NCBI GenBank assembly: GCA_964016885.1 | Contig: OZ024745.1 | Coordinates: forward strand, 55,614,001 to 55,678,000 | Reading direction: 5' to 3' | DNA from: Eledone cirrhosa | Taxonomy: Eukaryota | DNA: 64,000 nucleotides | Part shown: positions 42,486 to 55,493 of the stretch, piece after piece | How the letters are laid out: each line of letters opens with the position of its first letter | Position numbering within the stretch: position 1 is the stretch's first letter | Program-made: the position numbers and the translations under genes | The notes under the pieces: model-generated | Databases searched by the model: none | The model's input: the letters and a program-made list of their open reading frames with translations, nothing else | What the model was told of the DNA's origin: nothing

Positions 42486-44147
42486 GGGATACATGATATG
42501 AAGGTTAAAAAATACTTGTGAATAGTGAAGTTTTAAATCAACATATGAAAAATAATTTAAGTTTGATGTTCGCTTTTCAACGGATAAAAATGACCCGATG
42601 TCTTGTTCATTGTCACTTGTATTTCGATCCAGTAGGGCTCTCATGCATTTGATGCGCTGAGAAAATTAATCATGCCTTTAATATATCCGAATTTATGGAG
42701 GGTCACAGAAGATAGCTGATGTGCAGCAGCTTTCCATGTGTTCATTTGTTCAGAATTGTTTGTGTCCGCTTCACTGATACAATCTGTATTTCTTCTCATA
42801 TATGTACATATATATATATATTCATCATGAAATATATTTGACTAATTTTCGTATGACCAAAGGCTGAAAAGCCAGAGTCAGAAGAGAATCATCTGTCACG
42901 TGTGGAGTCTGCAATGAAAGATAACTAATAGTATCATAGGAATCAGAAGCAGTGTAAATGGTGAGATTGGTGGGAGAGGAAATTCAGATGAAAAACTACA
43001 AATGTTACTCACAAATCAACACTTGGGCTTTCAAACGTCTCCGCATCATATTATAGAATGAAAGAATGGATCAATTTCAATGTTTCTACTATGAATTGCA
43101 CCCTTATGCTTAATAGATATTAGGGTGAGGTGTGGATTGGGCATCTGTTATACTGTGGATTGTTAGTTTTTGTTACAAGAAAAAAATCACTTCAAAAACC
43201 TGGATAGCCATTATCCTTCACCCATCTTTGAGAATACATTATCTCTCAAAAATAGTATCCGTTACTGCAACAGAAACAGCCGCATTTCCCCAAATAATAT
43301 AATTTGTTGCCCATCAGAAACAATAATTTCAGAGGAATATCATATATAATGCCCTCGGTAAGTTCAGTCTGCCAGGCTTTTCGTTGTCTATCAGAATGTG
43401 TGGGCTGATTTGACACTACAAACATAAAACGCTTTGCGTGCCCCTATACCATTCAAATTGGATAGATATATGGATTACAGCTAGGTCTGTATTGCTCTAT
43501 TACAGAATACAGAAATATATTATAAACGTAGGCTCGAAAATGTACGATTAATATGAAAACGAATTACACAAATATACGATTCCAATATGTGACAAGATGG
43601 GGCCTACATACTAGTGTTTTTGACATATATTCTTTTTCGCTCTCGTTTGACAAATGCCATATCTCATAATAAAATCCTTCTTTCAGCCTCATTATGTTAG
43701 ATATTATTGTGTACACAGCTTGTGTTACCGGCTATATTTGTAAAATATACGTTTTCTTTAAGTGCTTTTACACCATAAATAAACACGTCTCTTCACTGAG
43801 AAAGTTACGCATAGTGTTTTATCAATAAAGGTATTAATGTTTTTATTGTGGTTGGATATGTTATTTAGCCCGAAGTTGAACCTGAGAGAACTGGTTTGTA
43901 ATCAAAATAATCCAATTATAAAACTCAGATATTTCTAGACAGCTTATATATTCCATTATATTCTATATCTAATGTTAAAGACAATGAGGTACGATTTTAG
44001 GCAATTCATTTTACAATGTCTTGCATTTATAGCCTTGTTATTCTTAGGTACAATAGTGTAAACAAAAATATAACATCGACAAGTCATTCTAGCATACCTT
44101 ATTTCCCAACGATTCAAATATTTAGAATGTATATACTATATTAAAAC

Positions 44148-44235
<88 letters not shown>

Positions 44236-46783
44236 ATTATTACATTGACAAAATCAACTTCACCTAACAGTAATTACAGAAAACGCCGTTATTAATTTTC
44301 TCTGGCAACATTCTTAAAACGATATCTTAAGGTAATTAATTCAAGGAATCACTATGAATATGTCTAACTATCAATTAGACTAAATATTAATTTAAATAAC
44401 GTTTCCAATTTCCCTCTGTTGCGTATGAATCGGGCTTTGCCAGTTTAATAATATTTCTATCACTTTAGACATGTCTATCATTTTGGTGTTTCTCAGGAAG
44501 CGGATACCGAAATTATTTAAATAGTTTTAGTAATATGAAAGAAATGACTTTCTTCCTCTAAACTGTGTAACTGCAGTGTATATTTGTTATGTTTATTTGC
44601 CCCTCATATAATTATCATTCTCTGTTGCTGTTTATCTACCCACCCATCAAAATATGCAGAAATTAAGTTATACGTTGTAAAATAACTTACTGATACTTAC
44701 ATTTTTTTTAACTTCACTCAACATAATAATAAATCAAATTTTAAATCAGATACTGTACAACGATATTCAGTACAAAGATATTGTACAAAGATATTGTGCA
44801 AACCTTTGATTTGATATGTTATCCAAAAACAGCAGATTTGTCGCCATTGAAAAGTTTTAGCGAACTTTCATTCGCTTTATTTAAGAAAATCCTCATGAAA
44901 AACTAAATTTACTTGATTAGAGATTCACGTGATATAGTACAATATTACATATATTCAATATTATGGAAAATATTATTAATGTTCTGTATTTATCCCCTTT
45001 TATGTGCTATTTGGGAAGTTTCTTTTGATCTGATAAATCAAAATCAGGATATAAAACATTGACATCGCTATATCGTTTATTAACCGATAATGTATGGAAT
45101 CAAATATAATATACAAGAGAAGGAATCCATTATGAAATAATTACACTCCTTTATATCGTTGATAAAAGGAATTTAATTTTGGCGATTTAAATATAACTTG
45201 CCTATATGATTGACCCAGTTGATCGAATATAATTGGTACTCTAGTTGTAATATCCCCGTATATTGTTTAGGACTATTACTAAACAGTCCAATAAATAACA
45301 TTATATAATGTGCCAGTATATATAAATTACGAGAGGCAATAATACATTAGAAATTTGGTTTCAGATTTCTAGCAAGGCGAGTGAGAGTTTTTTTTCTTTC
45401 GCTCGTATTTAAACATAGTTTCAGTGTGTTCAATATCTAATATTGCAGTAAGCACATGTTTTAATCACTAACTTTCAATTATGAAAAGTATTTGTTTCCG
45501 CTAGATAAATGTTATGTAAAGTATTTAAAAAATAACACTAAAAGTATGTAAACCTCTTACAGAGAAGATGTAAATCCGAAAGAAAAAATAAGCACGGAAC
45601 TAACCAATCGTCAGCAGTCTTTTCCGAACTTCTTTGCATGTTTCCTAATACTGTATATTACTCTTAAATTGAAAACTTCATACACATTTACAAGATGCCT
45701 ATCGAATGAATAAGTTATATAACTGTATGATAATATAATCGTACAAACACTAGAGGATTGTTAGATTCAATTTTGCCTGAACAACTGAGAGGAAATTTTC
45801 TTGTAGAACGAAAGATGCGTCTTGAAGATGGATGTAGCAGATAGAAGTGTCTAGTCATTACAATTGCCAATGCAAGGCAATAGGAGTTTAATGTAAATAA
45901 AGTTGGCGAAAGAGAAGAAGATAGCCCAGAAGAAGTGGGTAGATAAAAGTAAAATTGAGGTGAAAATCGCAGCCGATATCAACAGAAAACCCTAAAAAAA
46001 AACAGATCCTGTACAGCGTTATTTAAAGTTAATTTACTAAAAGTATTTCAAAAGCGTAAAAGTCAGATCGCTTGGAGATGGTATGGTAGTAACAGACACG
46101 GGATAGGTAGACAGGGGATACATGTGTAACGCAGAAACCGAGACAGATGCGTACAGGTACGGTCTAGGAGACAAATTATGTCCTTTCTCTGCTAATGTTA
46201 TATATTTGGGTGGGTGTTTGTGTTTGTGTGCTTGTGTGTGTGTGTGTGTGCTTGTATGTATGTGAGTATACGTGAATCAATTTTATGTTTATTATAGAAG
46301 ATTTGAACAATGTCCTTTAATTTTACAATTTAGATGAGTTTTCCACCAAATCAATGCTCTTCATAATGAGTTAGAGTTGCTTCCAAAACGATGAAATTGT
46401 TGAAGTCGGCAATCATGATGAGAAATTAGCTGCTGCGAAAATAAGAAGAAAATCAAAGAGAGGCAGATATACCTCTTACAACATTGTGCGATATTTGATA
46501 ACGTTATGTGTACATCTGAAATGTTGATATATTTTAAGGAATCGTCATAAAATATGAATACATTTGAAATTAAACTTAGAAGCTTTGAAAAATGTGTTTA
46601 GTTTTAAAAATTGCATTAAAACTGTCGCTAACTCAGTTTTGAAAAAAAAATCGGTTTTTAAAGACTTCTAAATTTCATTTCAATTTTATTCAAATTTTAT
46701 AACCTTCCTTCTTAATACCACGAAGAATAAATCTTCAGATTTACGTATTAATATGTATCTTTGCATGTATGTATGTGTATATG

Positions 46784-46815
<32 letters not shown>

Positions 46816-46817
46816 CA

Positions 46818-47038
46818 TGCTCACCGACATCCAGAGTTGACATTGCACTCAGTGCTCCTGTGGGAGCCCCTACATGGACACACTGGAAGAGGAAGACCAA
46901 GGTTAACGTATGTTGATGCTGTAAGGACAGACAATGGTCTGTTGGAGACGCAGGACATGGCAGCGATAATGAGGGACAGAGACCGCTGGAGAGAACTCGT
47001 CCATGGGTCTCGGGAATTTTACCCGCCCTAGAATAGAA
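46818..47038 (+). mobile_element. RTE LINE 3' end fragment (5'-truncated)
   Basis: HRHPELTLHSVLLWEPLHGHTGRGRPRLTYVDAVRTDNGL...MRDRDRWR, flanked by (TA)n. Confidence 0.85.
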
Positions 47039-47054
47039 TATATATATATATATA

Positions 47055-47345
47055 TGTAGGAGATGAGTTTTATTGTAGTACAATAAAGCAATGCAAATAT
47101 CGGATAAGTAGCACTCTACAGTTTGTAGGACTGGAGTATAAATTATATAAGATCAAAAGATGGTTAAAAGAGTTCCAAGTATTTTATTATGCGCATTTCA
47201 AAAACAAATATCACCATGAGATGATATCTTCGTTTTCATTAGATAAAATAGGGATACATGATAGGTTAAAAAACACTTGTGAATAGTGAAGTTTTAAATC
47301 AACATATGAAAAATAATTTAAGATTGATGTGTGATATTGGGAAAA
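47055..47345 (-). mobile_element. Solo Penelope pLTR copy containing a hammerhead motif (47180-47250)
   Basis: Matches 42290-42569 and 38914-39113. The motif has a perfect 8-bp stem I (TATTTTAT/ATAAAATA) and a CTAATGA core. Confidence 0.88.
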
Positions 47346-47951
47346 TTTTCCCAATAAGACGAAATATTTACATACCGATAGGGGACAAGAACATTGCTAG
47401 TCAATCGCATGGAAGACGCATCACACAAATGTATGTAGGTAACCGTAGACATATTAGAGAGATTAATAAAAGTTAGTTCGATCAATGATGCTGGTAAGGA
47501 TAAAACTAATAGGCAAAGATTAGACGAAACAGAGTAAACTAGCATGTCAATAGTCGAATAAAGACATGACAAGTGAGAGGTTTGATTTGAATGTTTATTG
47601 GTAGGATATAAGTGGGTAGTAGGCGTCACAGAAGAAAGAAAAAAAAACAAAATGGGGCAGAGAAATGCAGAGAGATATTGGTAGATCGATAGATAGATAC
47701 ATACATATATACATGCATATATACACACATACATACATATATACACATATACATACATACACACACACAAATACTCACATACATACATACATACATACAT
47801 ACATACATACATACATACATACATACATACATACATACATACATGATGGCTTCCCCCTCGTTATCGAGTATGGCCATTGCACGAGGAGAAAGAAAGAAAA
47901 CAAAAATAATAATAATAATAATAAATAAATAAAAATAAAATAAAAAAAAAG

Positions 47952-47988
<37 letters not shown>

Positions 47989-48185
47989 CATACACATATA
48001 CACACATATATACACACACACACTCACACACACATATACACACACATACATTAATAACAATAATAATAATAATAATCATAACAACAATAATAATAACGAC
48101 AACAACAATAATAATATACATATACATATATACACACACACGCACACACATAAGCATATCTACACACACACACACACGATAGCAA

Positions 48186-51100
48186 CTAACAGCGCTGCGA
48201 TCGAATGTGGCTTTTTAGCCCAGCCAATGATCTAAAATGTCTTGCACAGAGTCGGCAACCAAAATATTCACTGGGAATAGTCGGCTGTGGTTGGAGTTCG
48301 TGTACTTTTGCATGTCGCTTGAGCCCTCCTGCTGATTTACATTCTCTACCACATGTTTGGCAAGCATGATGAGTAGCATCTCCAACAGCAGCCTGGTAGT
48401 CAACCACTGGTCTTACTTTATGACTGCGAAGATGACTTTCGAGTCCAGCTTTGTTTAGGCAGAGTCTCGCACATACGCTGCATGTCAGCACCATAGGAGG
48501 ACCCTCGCCGTCTGGAAGTGCAAAAGCAATGCCCTTCCTCACATCCCGCTTTACTTTCTCGTATGCGATTCGAGATGCCTCAAAGGCAACTTTTCCCTCA
48601 TATACAGTCTTTCTCCATTTATTACGATCAGCAGCAATATTCTCCCATGTATCAGCAGAGATGTTAGCGTCTTTCAGAGAGGCTTTCAAGGAATCCTTAT
48701 ACCTATTTTTTGCTTTATGTAGCGGTCGTTTTCCTTTAACCAACTCTCCATAAAAGAGTTGTTTTGGTATTCTAGAATCCTTCATCCTGGCAAGGTGACC
48801 ACTCCAACGGAGTCGTTGCTTAAGCACAAGAGCTTCTATACTGTCACACATAGAGCTTTCCAAAATCTCGACATCACTGATGTGGTCTCTCCAGTGAACG
48901 CCATGGATCCGTCTGAGACACATCTGATGGAAACGCTCCAATTGTTTAAGGTGGTGTCGATATGTGACCCAGGTCTCGCAGGCATAAAGAAGACAAGAGA
49001 GCACATATGCCCTGTACACCTTTACCTTTGTTCTCCTGCATATATCTCGCCGACCCCAGAGTCGCCTTTATAGCTTTCCGAAAGCATCACTTGCTTTCCT
49101 AATCCTAAGTGAGATTTCACTGTCAAGGTTGCTGTATCGATTGACAGTGCTTCCCAGGTAGACAAACTGATCAACCACTCCAAGTCGTTTGCCATACACA
49201 TAGATGTTTGGTTCAGTGTACTGCTTACCAGGGGCAGGTTGGTACATGACGACGGTTTTCTTGAGACTGACAGTCAGACCTAGGGCAGTGCATGCGTCAG
49301 AAAATGTATTCAAAATGTGCTGCATATTACTCTCTGTGTGCGCTACAAGGTCGCAATCATCTGCATACAAGAGGTCTCTTATGATTGATGTAAATACTTT
49401 TGTCTTCGCAGCAAAGCGCCTGATGTTAAATATGCTGCCTGAGGTTCGATATCGGATTTAAACACCATGCTCGCAATTCCTGAATGCAATACAGAAAACC
49501 ATTGCAAAGTATATGGCAAACAGGGTCGGCGCTGGAATATCCCCCTGTTTCACTCCATTTTTTACTGAGATAGGCTCCGACATGTTACCACCGACATTAA
49601 CCCAAGCCTTCATGTCTTCATGGAAAGACCTAACTAAAGCAAGGAACTTATGAGGGCAACCAAGTTTCTGGAGAACCTTCCATAATGCATCTCTGTTAAC
49701 AGTATCGAAAGCTTTTGTCAGATCGACAAAAACCTGATACAGATCCAAACCTTGTTCCATGCACTTCTCCTGGAGCTGTCCAGCTGAGAAGATCATATCA
49801 GTAGTGCCGCGTCCAGCACGAAAACCAGATTGACTTTCAGGAAGAACACAATCTGCAATGTGTGTCAGCGACGGTCCAGAAGCACCCTACATAAAACTTT
49901 CCCTACGACAGAAAGCAATGATATACCTCTGTAGTTCCCACAATCGTTTCTGTTACCCTTTCCCTTGTACAAGACCAGCATTACTGCATCTCTCCAGTCC
50001 TCAGGTACGGATTCATTAGCACATATCCTGCCAAACAAAGAGTGAAGATGTTGCAGGAGTCTCTCACCACCATATTGTAGGAGCTCAGCATGTATGCCAT
50101 CCATACCTGGAGACCTTCCACTGTTCAGCTTCGAAATAGCCACTGCAACCACCACAAGCGTCCGAGGTTCTGCGAGAGCTACTTTCACAGGACTTTCTGG
50201 AATGAGATTGAGGAAATCTTCACTGACGACAGACGGCTGATTCAAAAGATCATCAAAGTGCTCTCGCCACCTTCGTAGAATTCCTTGTGAGTCACGAAGA
50301 AGTTCTTTGCCATCCTTGCTGCGAAGCGGTGTCACCAGAGAAGAAGACGGTCCATAAACCTCACGCAAGAGACTGTACAACAGCATTGTGTTATTGGAAT
50401 CAGACGCAGTTTGTATCTCACCAGCCTTCTCACTCCACCACAGATCCTTCATCTGAGAATGACTCCGCCTAACACGTGATTTTACATCCCTGAGTTCCTC
50501 ATGAAACATATTCCTCTCCTGTGGTTTTGCCGTCAAGTAGCGTGACAGAGCACGCCTCTTATCAGCCAACAAGTCTTCTATATGTACATCATTCTCATCA
50601 AACCAGTCCTGATGTTTCCTCTGCGCCAATCCCAGAACACGCCTGCCTACATCATAAACCGACTTTTTAAGGGTCGGCCAATCCTCACCAAGATCTGCAG
50701 CCTGCATCTCTTCTTCCATGTCCTCTTCACATGTTTATCCTTAAGACGAGCAGCATTCAATCTTTTGGGCAGGGCAACACCAGGAGCCCGGATTTTACGT
50801 TTAGTGATTAATTTCACTTTTGCGCGTACCAGGCGGTGGTCCCTCCAGCACTCAGCTCCACAAAGAACACGAACACACTGCACGTCATGTCTGTCACGCA
50901 TCCTGACTAGGACGTAGACCAAAAGATGCCATTCCTTAGATGCAGGATGCATCCATGTGGTCTTGAATTTGTTCTTTTGTTGGAACATGGTGTTGGTAAC
51001 ACACAGATCCAGCTCCTCACACATCTGCAGCAGGAGCATACCATTGCTGTTACACTTTCCCACCCCATGCCTTCCGATTACATTCCATGTGTTAAAATCC

Positions 51101-51735
51101 CTACCCACTCTAGCATTAAAGTCACCAAGTACGATGACTTTGTCTGCCTGAGGGATATTTCTTAAAACACCTTTCAAGGCATGGTAAAAGGACACCTTTT
51201 CCTCATCGACAGAACTCATAGTTGGAGCATACACACTCACCAGGGTAGCATATCTTCCCTTGTCCAGCGGAACTCTCATGGACATAAGACGCTCACTAAT
51301 CCCTACTGGGAATTCTTCTAATTTGTTCACAAGCACAGTCTTAACAGCAAATCCTACCCCAGCCTCTCTTCTGGTTCCTTCATCTCTTCCTTTCCAGAAG
51401 AATGTATATTCTCCACAAAATTCCGTAAGATGACCATCTCCAGCTAGCCTATCCTCAGATAAAGCCACGATGTCAAGATCGTAAGGTCGAAGCTCCTTTG
51501 CAACAAGAGCGGTCCTTCGTTCAGGACGCCCCAAGGAATCCCTGTCAAGCAGCGTCCGTACGTTCCAGCAGCCAAGACTAAATGCCTTATTTGGCTCTAT
51601 TACAATGGCACGATGACGAGCGGGCGCAGGCTGTGATAACCTGGGGCCCCTGCCCTTATTGCCAATGATCTTTTTTGTTCCAGAACCTAAATTGCCAATT
51701 ATCACTTTTATATTGTTCTGGAACATCATTGAATT
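48186..51735 (-). mobile_element. RTE-clade LINE, complete but disrupted ORF (APE + RT + three zinc-finger motifs)
   Basis: GCWNVRTLLD, RPERRTALVAKEL, SVYAPT, LGDFNARVG, NYRGISLLS, FVDLTKAFD, GVKQG, YADD, LRWSGH. The very short 3' UTR runs into a (TG)n tail. Confidence 0.93.
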
Positions 51736-52069
51736 GGGAAAAAAAAAAAAAAAAAAAAGTAATAATAATAGTAATAATAATAATAATAATAATGATTTCA
51801 TTTATTAGCCACAAGGGCCGACATGTAGGGGACAATACAAAGACAGGGACAGTGGGGGTTTACAATAAGGTCGAGTAAAAGTGCACAATGGCAAGACTAA
51901 TTTAACAATGAAAATATAAAATATAAAATAAACTATGCAAAATATAACAAAATAAATTCCCCGATAGGGGGTGGACGACCCTGGGGTGATTCGGGTACCC
52001 CACCAATCCTGAACCACCCTGCGCTTCTAGGGCACCCAGGAGAGCACCCCTCTCCTCAAGTTAGCTAGC

Positions 52070-55000
52070 CTATAGGCGCATGGTCAGAGTAGGCCCATTC
52101 ACACGAGCCATTCTCGCCACATTCACCCACCTTTTAGCAAATGTACTGGGGGGCAGCACTTCTCTCTCCACCCTCACCCTCCTTTCCAGGTGAAACTTGA
52201 AGAAGTTGATGAGGGATTGGCCGAAGAGAAAAGTGTCTGTCTTTAGTCCTTTCAACCTGGTCCACCATATAATCTCTTTCGCAACTGCCACCAGACAGAG
52301 GAAAATGTCCTGCTCTTCCTGACCTAAGGAAGGTGGCGGCTCGATCTTCACTATGGACTCGGCCGATAACTGGATTCGTTCCACACGCGACAGTAGCTGT
52401 TCGACATAACTCCACAAGTCAGTAATGCACGGACATTGGACAAGTGCGTGCAGAACGGTTTCGTCGTTCTGTGCGCATCTTGGGCAGGTTCGTCTGACAG
52501 CACTTCCGTGCCTGTAGAGTTTATCCCGAACCGGCAGTGCCCCCCGGTAGCACTGCCAAGCGAGGGATTTCTGGAAATTGTCCATCGTCCCCGGCTCAAA
52601 AGTCCTCCGGTACAGACTGGTCAGTTCGACTTCGCCGAGGCCCAAAGCTTCTCAGAGTGCGTCATCGCACTTGCCCACCACTAATCCTCTATAGAACTCG
52701 AGAGTGGAAGTTCCACTGATCGCATTGCCGCTTGGTAGAGGGCAGTGAGTGCCTGGCAACATTCCAGGTGCCAGTCACCCAGTCTCGGTCTCTTCTTGAC
52801 CCAGGACTGCAGCTCAGTCAAAGAAATGAGCTGCGGAAAGGCCCGTCTGATAAACGGCGACCACACCTGTTCACCATTGAGGCAGAATATCTGGAGATGT
52901 CGCAGCCTCAACGCATGTCTGCGCATCATTAGCCACGGCATGCCCAGCCCTCCGCGTAGAGGGTGCTGGCAGCAGATGGACCGCCTCACCAACGGAACTT
53001 GTCCCCTCCACAAGAATTTGAAGAGGAGCCGTTCCAACTTGACGAGGCGCGGACGGGGGCAAGGCACGACGGTTAGGCGGTAATAGATGACGGACGCGAT
53101 GTACGCATTTGCCACCTCCGCGCGACCTTTCAGTGATAGCTTCCTCCCAGCCCATTTTTGGGTGAGACTGGCTACTCTGTTCGTTACCTCGTCCCAATTC
53201 TGTTCCACCTGGAGGTCTGGTCCGAACCAAACCCCGAGCAACTTTACTGGTCCGTCCGTCCAGCGCCCCACGACGCTGTTAGACGGCATGGGCTTGCCTC
53301 TCCAGGTTCCGAGCTGCAAGCCCACCGACTTTTCCGGGTTAAGTTTGGCTCCTGTCAACCTTTCATATTCCTTCAATAAGGTGTCGACCACCTCGATTTC
53401 TGAGGTGTTCGACACCATCACGGTGATGTCGTCCGCATAAGCCGACACCGCCTTTCCACGTCCCGGTTCGAGCGGGATGCCCTGCAGCAGCTCCAGCTTC
53501 CGCAGTAAAGGCTCGAGAGTCAATACGTACAGAAGGGAAGAGAGAGGGCACCCTTGACGGACCGATCGGGAGAGCCGAAATGGTTCCGAGAGGTGGCCGT
53601 TAACCTTGACCACCGAGCGTGTGCCGCTGTGCATTGCAACGATCCAGCTTCTAAAGACAGGGCCGAAGCCAGCTGCTTTGAGGACAAACTCCAGATACCG
53701 ATGGTCGACCCTATCGAATGCTTTCGATTGATCTAAATTGATCAGTGCCCCACCGAAGCCAGATTTACACCCTACCCTCTCTATGATGTACCGCATGAGG
53801 TGGAGATTGTCGTGTATGGACCTGGCTGGGATTGCGCAAGTTTGCGCCTCCCCAACCAAATCCTCGACGACAAGCGCCAATCTCTTTGCTAACACCTTGC
53901 CAAAATCTTAAACTCTGTGTTGAGCAGAGTTATGGGCCTGAAATTGTCTAATGTATCCCTTTTGTTCTCGTCTTTCCTTATCAGCGTCACCACTCCCCTG
54001 CTCACAGAACTGGGAATACTCCCATTCTGCTGCCAGTTACAGTAGAGTGCTTCGAGGAGTTCGGAGAACAAGTCTGGCATATTTACGTAAAGCTCGTAGG
54101 GAAGGCCATCCAAACCGGGTGACTTGCGCCCCATGCAGCCGACAAGGGCGTCCTGAATTTCGGCTGAAGTAATCGGCTTTTCGCAGCGCCCAGCGTCGAC
54201 CGTCGAGATGCGCGGCAAGCCGTCAAGGTAGGGACTGAAATCCGCTACTCTCTCTGACTCGCCACCCTCCCCGTACAACCGAGCAAAGTGCCGGCGAAAG
54301 GCCTCACACATCCGCTTGGAATCGCTTATCTCGTGTCCGTCTCGGTCCGCCAAAGACCGAATTGTGGTTTTATTACCACGCTGCGCCTCCGCCACGCGGG
54401 CCCATCGAACAGCTTTAGTTCCCTCGTTTCTCAGCGCACGCGCCTTAGCTCTGACAATGCAACCTTCGTGTTTGGCATTGAAGAAATGGTCTAATGCCAT
54501 TCTCGCTTTAGCACGTCAGTTGCGATGCCACTACAAATAGCCTCGTCTATCTACCAGCTCCCCCTCCTTTCTATTTTTCTCTAACGCTAGTTCTTTGCTG
54601 AACTCTATCGAAGTTACTCTAATCTCTCTTTTGAGAGCCCCCCACCATATGTTGTTGATGATCCCTCCTGTCAACTTTTGCTTAACTAACTTATTGACTC
54701 GGTCCCTGTAAGCCTTACGTGCCGGAAATGACATGTTCAGCTTCCAGTAACCCGGTCCTAACCTACGCGTTTTATTTAGGTCGACCGTACAGATCACAAA
54801 TTTGTGATCTGAATAGGCGACCGTTTTAAAAAGTGGACAGCCCACACTATTTCTATCTATTTTCCTAATGAAGATTCTGTCTATATACGATCTAGATGAC
54901 CCCATTCGGTTGGTCCATGTCCATACTGGCACATTGGGGAAATCTAGTCGATACCTGTCAGACAGTTGGAACTGGCTGAGTAGGTGCTTGAGGCTTTTGC

Positions 55001-55484
55001 ACCCCCCGCTCCTATCGGCTACTCCCACACAATCCCAGCGTGCGTCTAAGAGGCCATTCCAGTCCCCCGCTAACAGTAAAGGGCGAGACGTACCCAGAAA
55101 GGTCTCCAGGCGCCTAAAGAAGTCAGGTCGTCCGGCCCCTGTAGGGGCGTAGACGGCCAGCAGTCTAAAGGCACCACCTTCGCTACTGCTCACATCCAAG
55201 ACCACCAACTTACCGTCCGGGTCCCGGAAGATCGACCTTACCTCGAGATCCAGTCCTTTCCTAAACAGCACTGGCACCCCACCCCCCATTCCCGGCCTGC
55301 TAACAGATGCGAAGATCTGATAGTCGTCGAAAATGGGGGCTAGTGCACGCGTGTCGGAAATTCTGGTCTCGCTTACGGCAATCACATCCATTTCCAGCGT
55401 CCGGAGGTCGTTGAGCAGGCGACCCTGCTTCCAGGGTGACCCCAGGCCGCGAACATTTAAACTTCCTACTCTTAATATGGCCAT
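52070..55484 (-). pseudogene. Tx1 ORF2 (APE, RT with intact AYADD, zf-RVT) split by a few frameshifts
   Basis: SLNVRGL, VSET, AGDWN, YSDH, SPGLDG, RQGCPLS, AYADD, CPRCAQNDETVLHALVQC. Confidence 0.94.
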
Positions 55485-55493
55485 ATTGGTAAG

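Larger units (their letters stand above)
38914..42569 (-). mobile_element. Penelope-like element (RT + GIY-YIG) with direct terminal repeats (pLTRs)
   Basis: Repeat 38914-39099 matches 42381-42569. A disrupted single ORF lies between them, followed by a pyrimidine-rich 3' region of about 700 bp. Confidence 0.92.

Noticed and set aside
42860-43480. Possible Gypsy integrase remnant (EIIVSDG, minus strand)
   Set aside because: One motif only, with no LTRs or other domains.
45880-46480. Faint mariner-like peptides
   Set aside because: Not distinguishable from chance by eye.
50647-51801. 384-aa ORF with a hydrophobic signal-like N-terminus
   Set aside because: The poly-L/F leader comes from the (ATT)n and poly-T junction; the rest is the RTE endonuclease.
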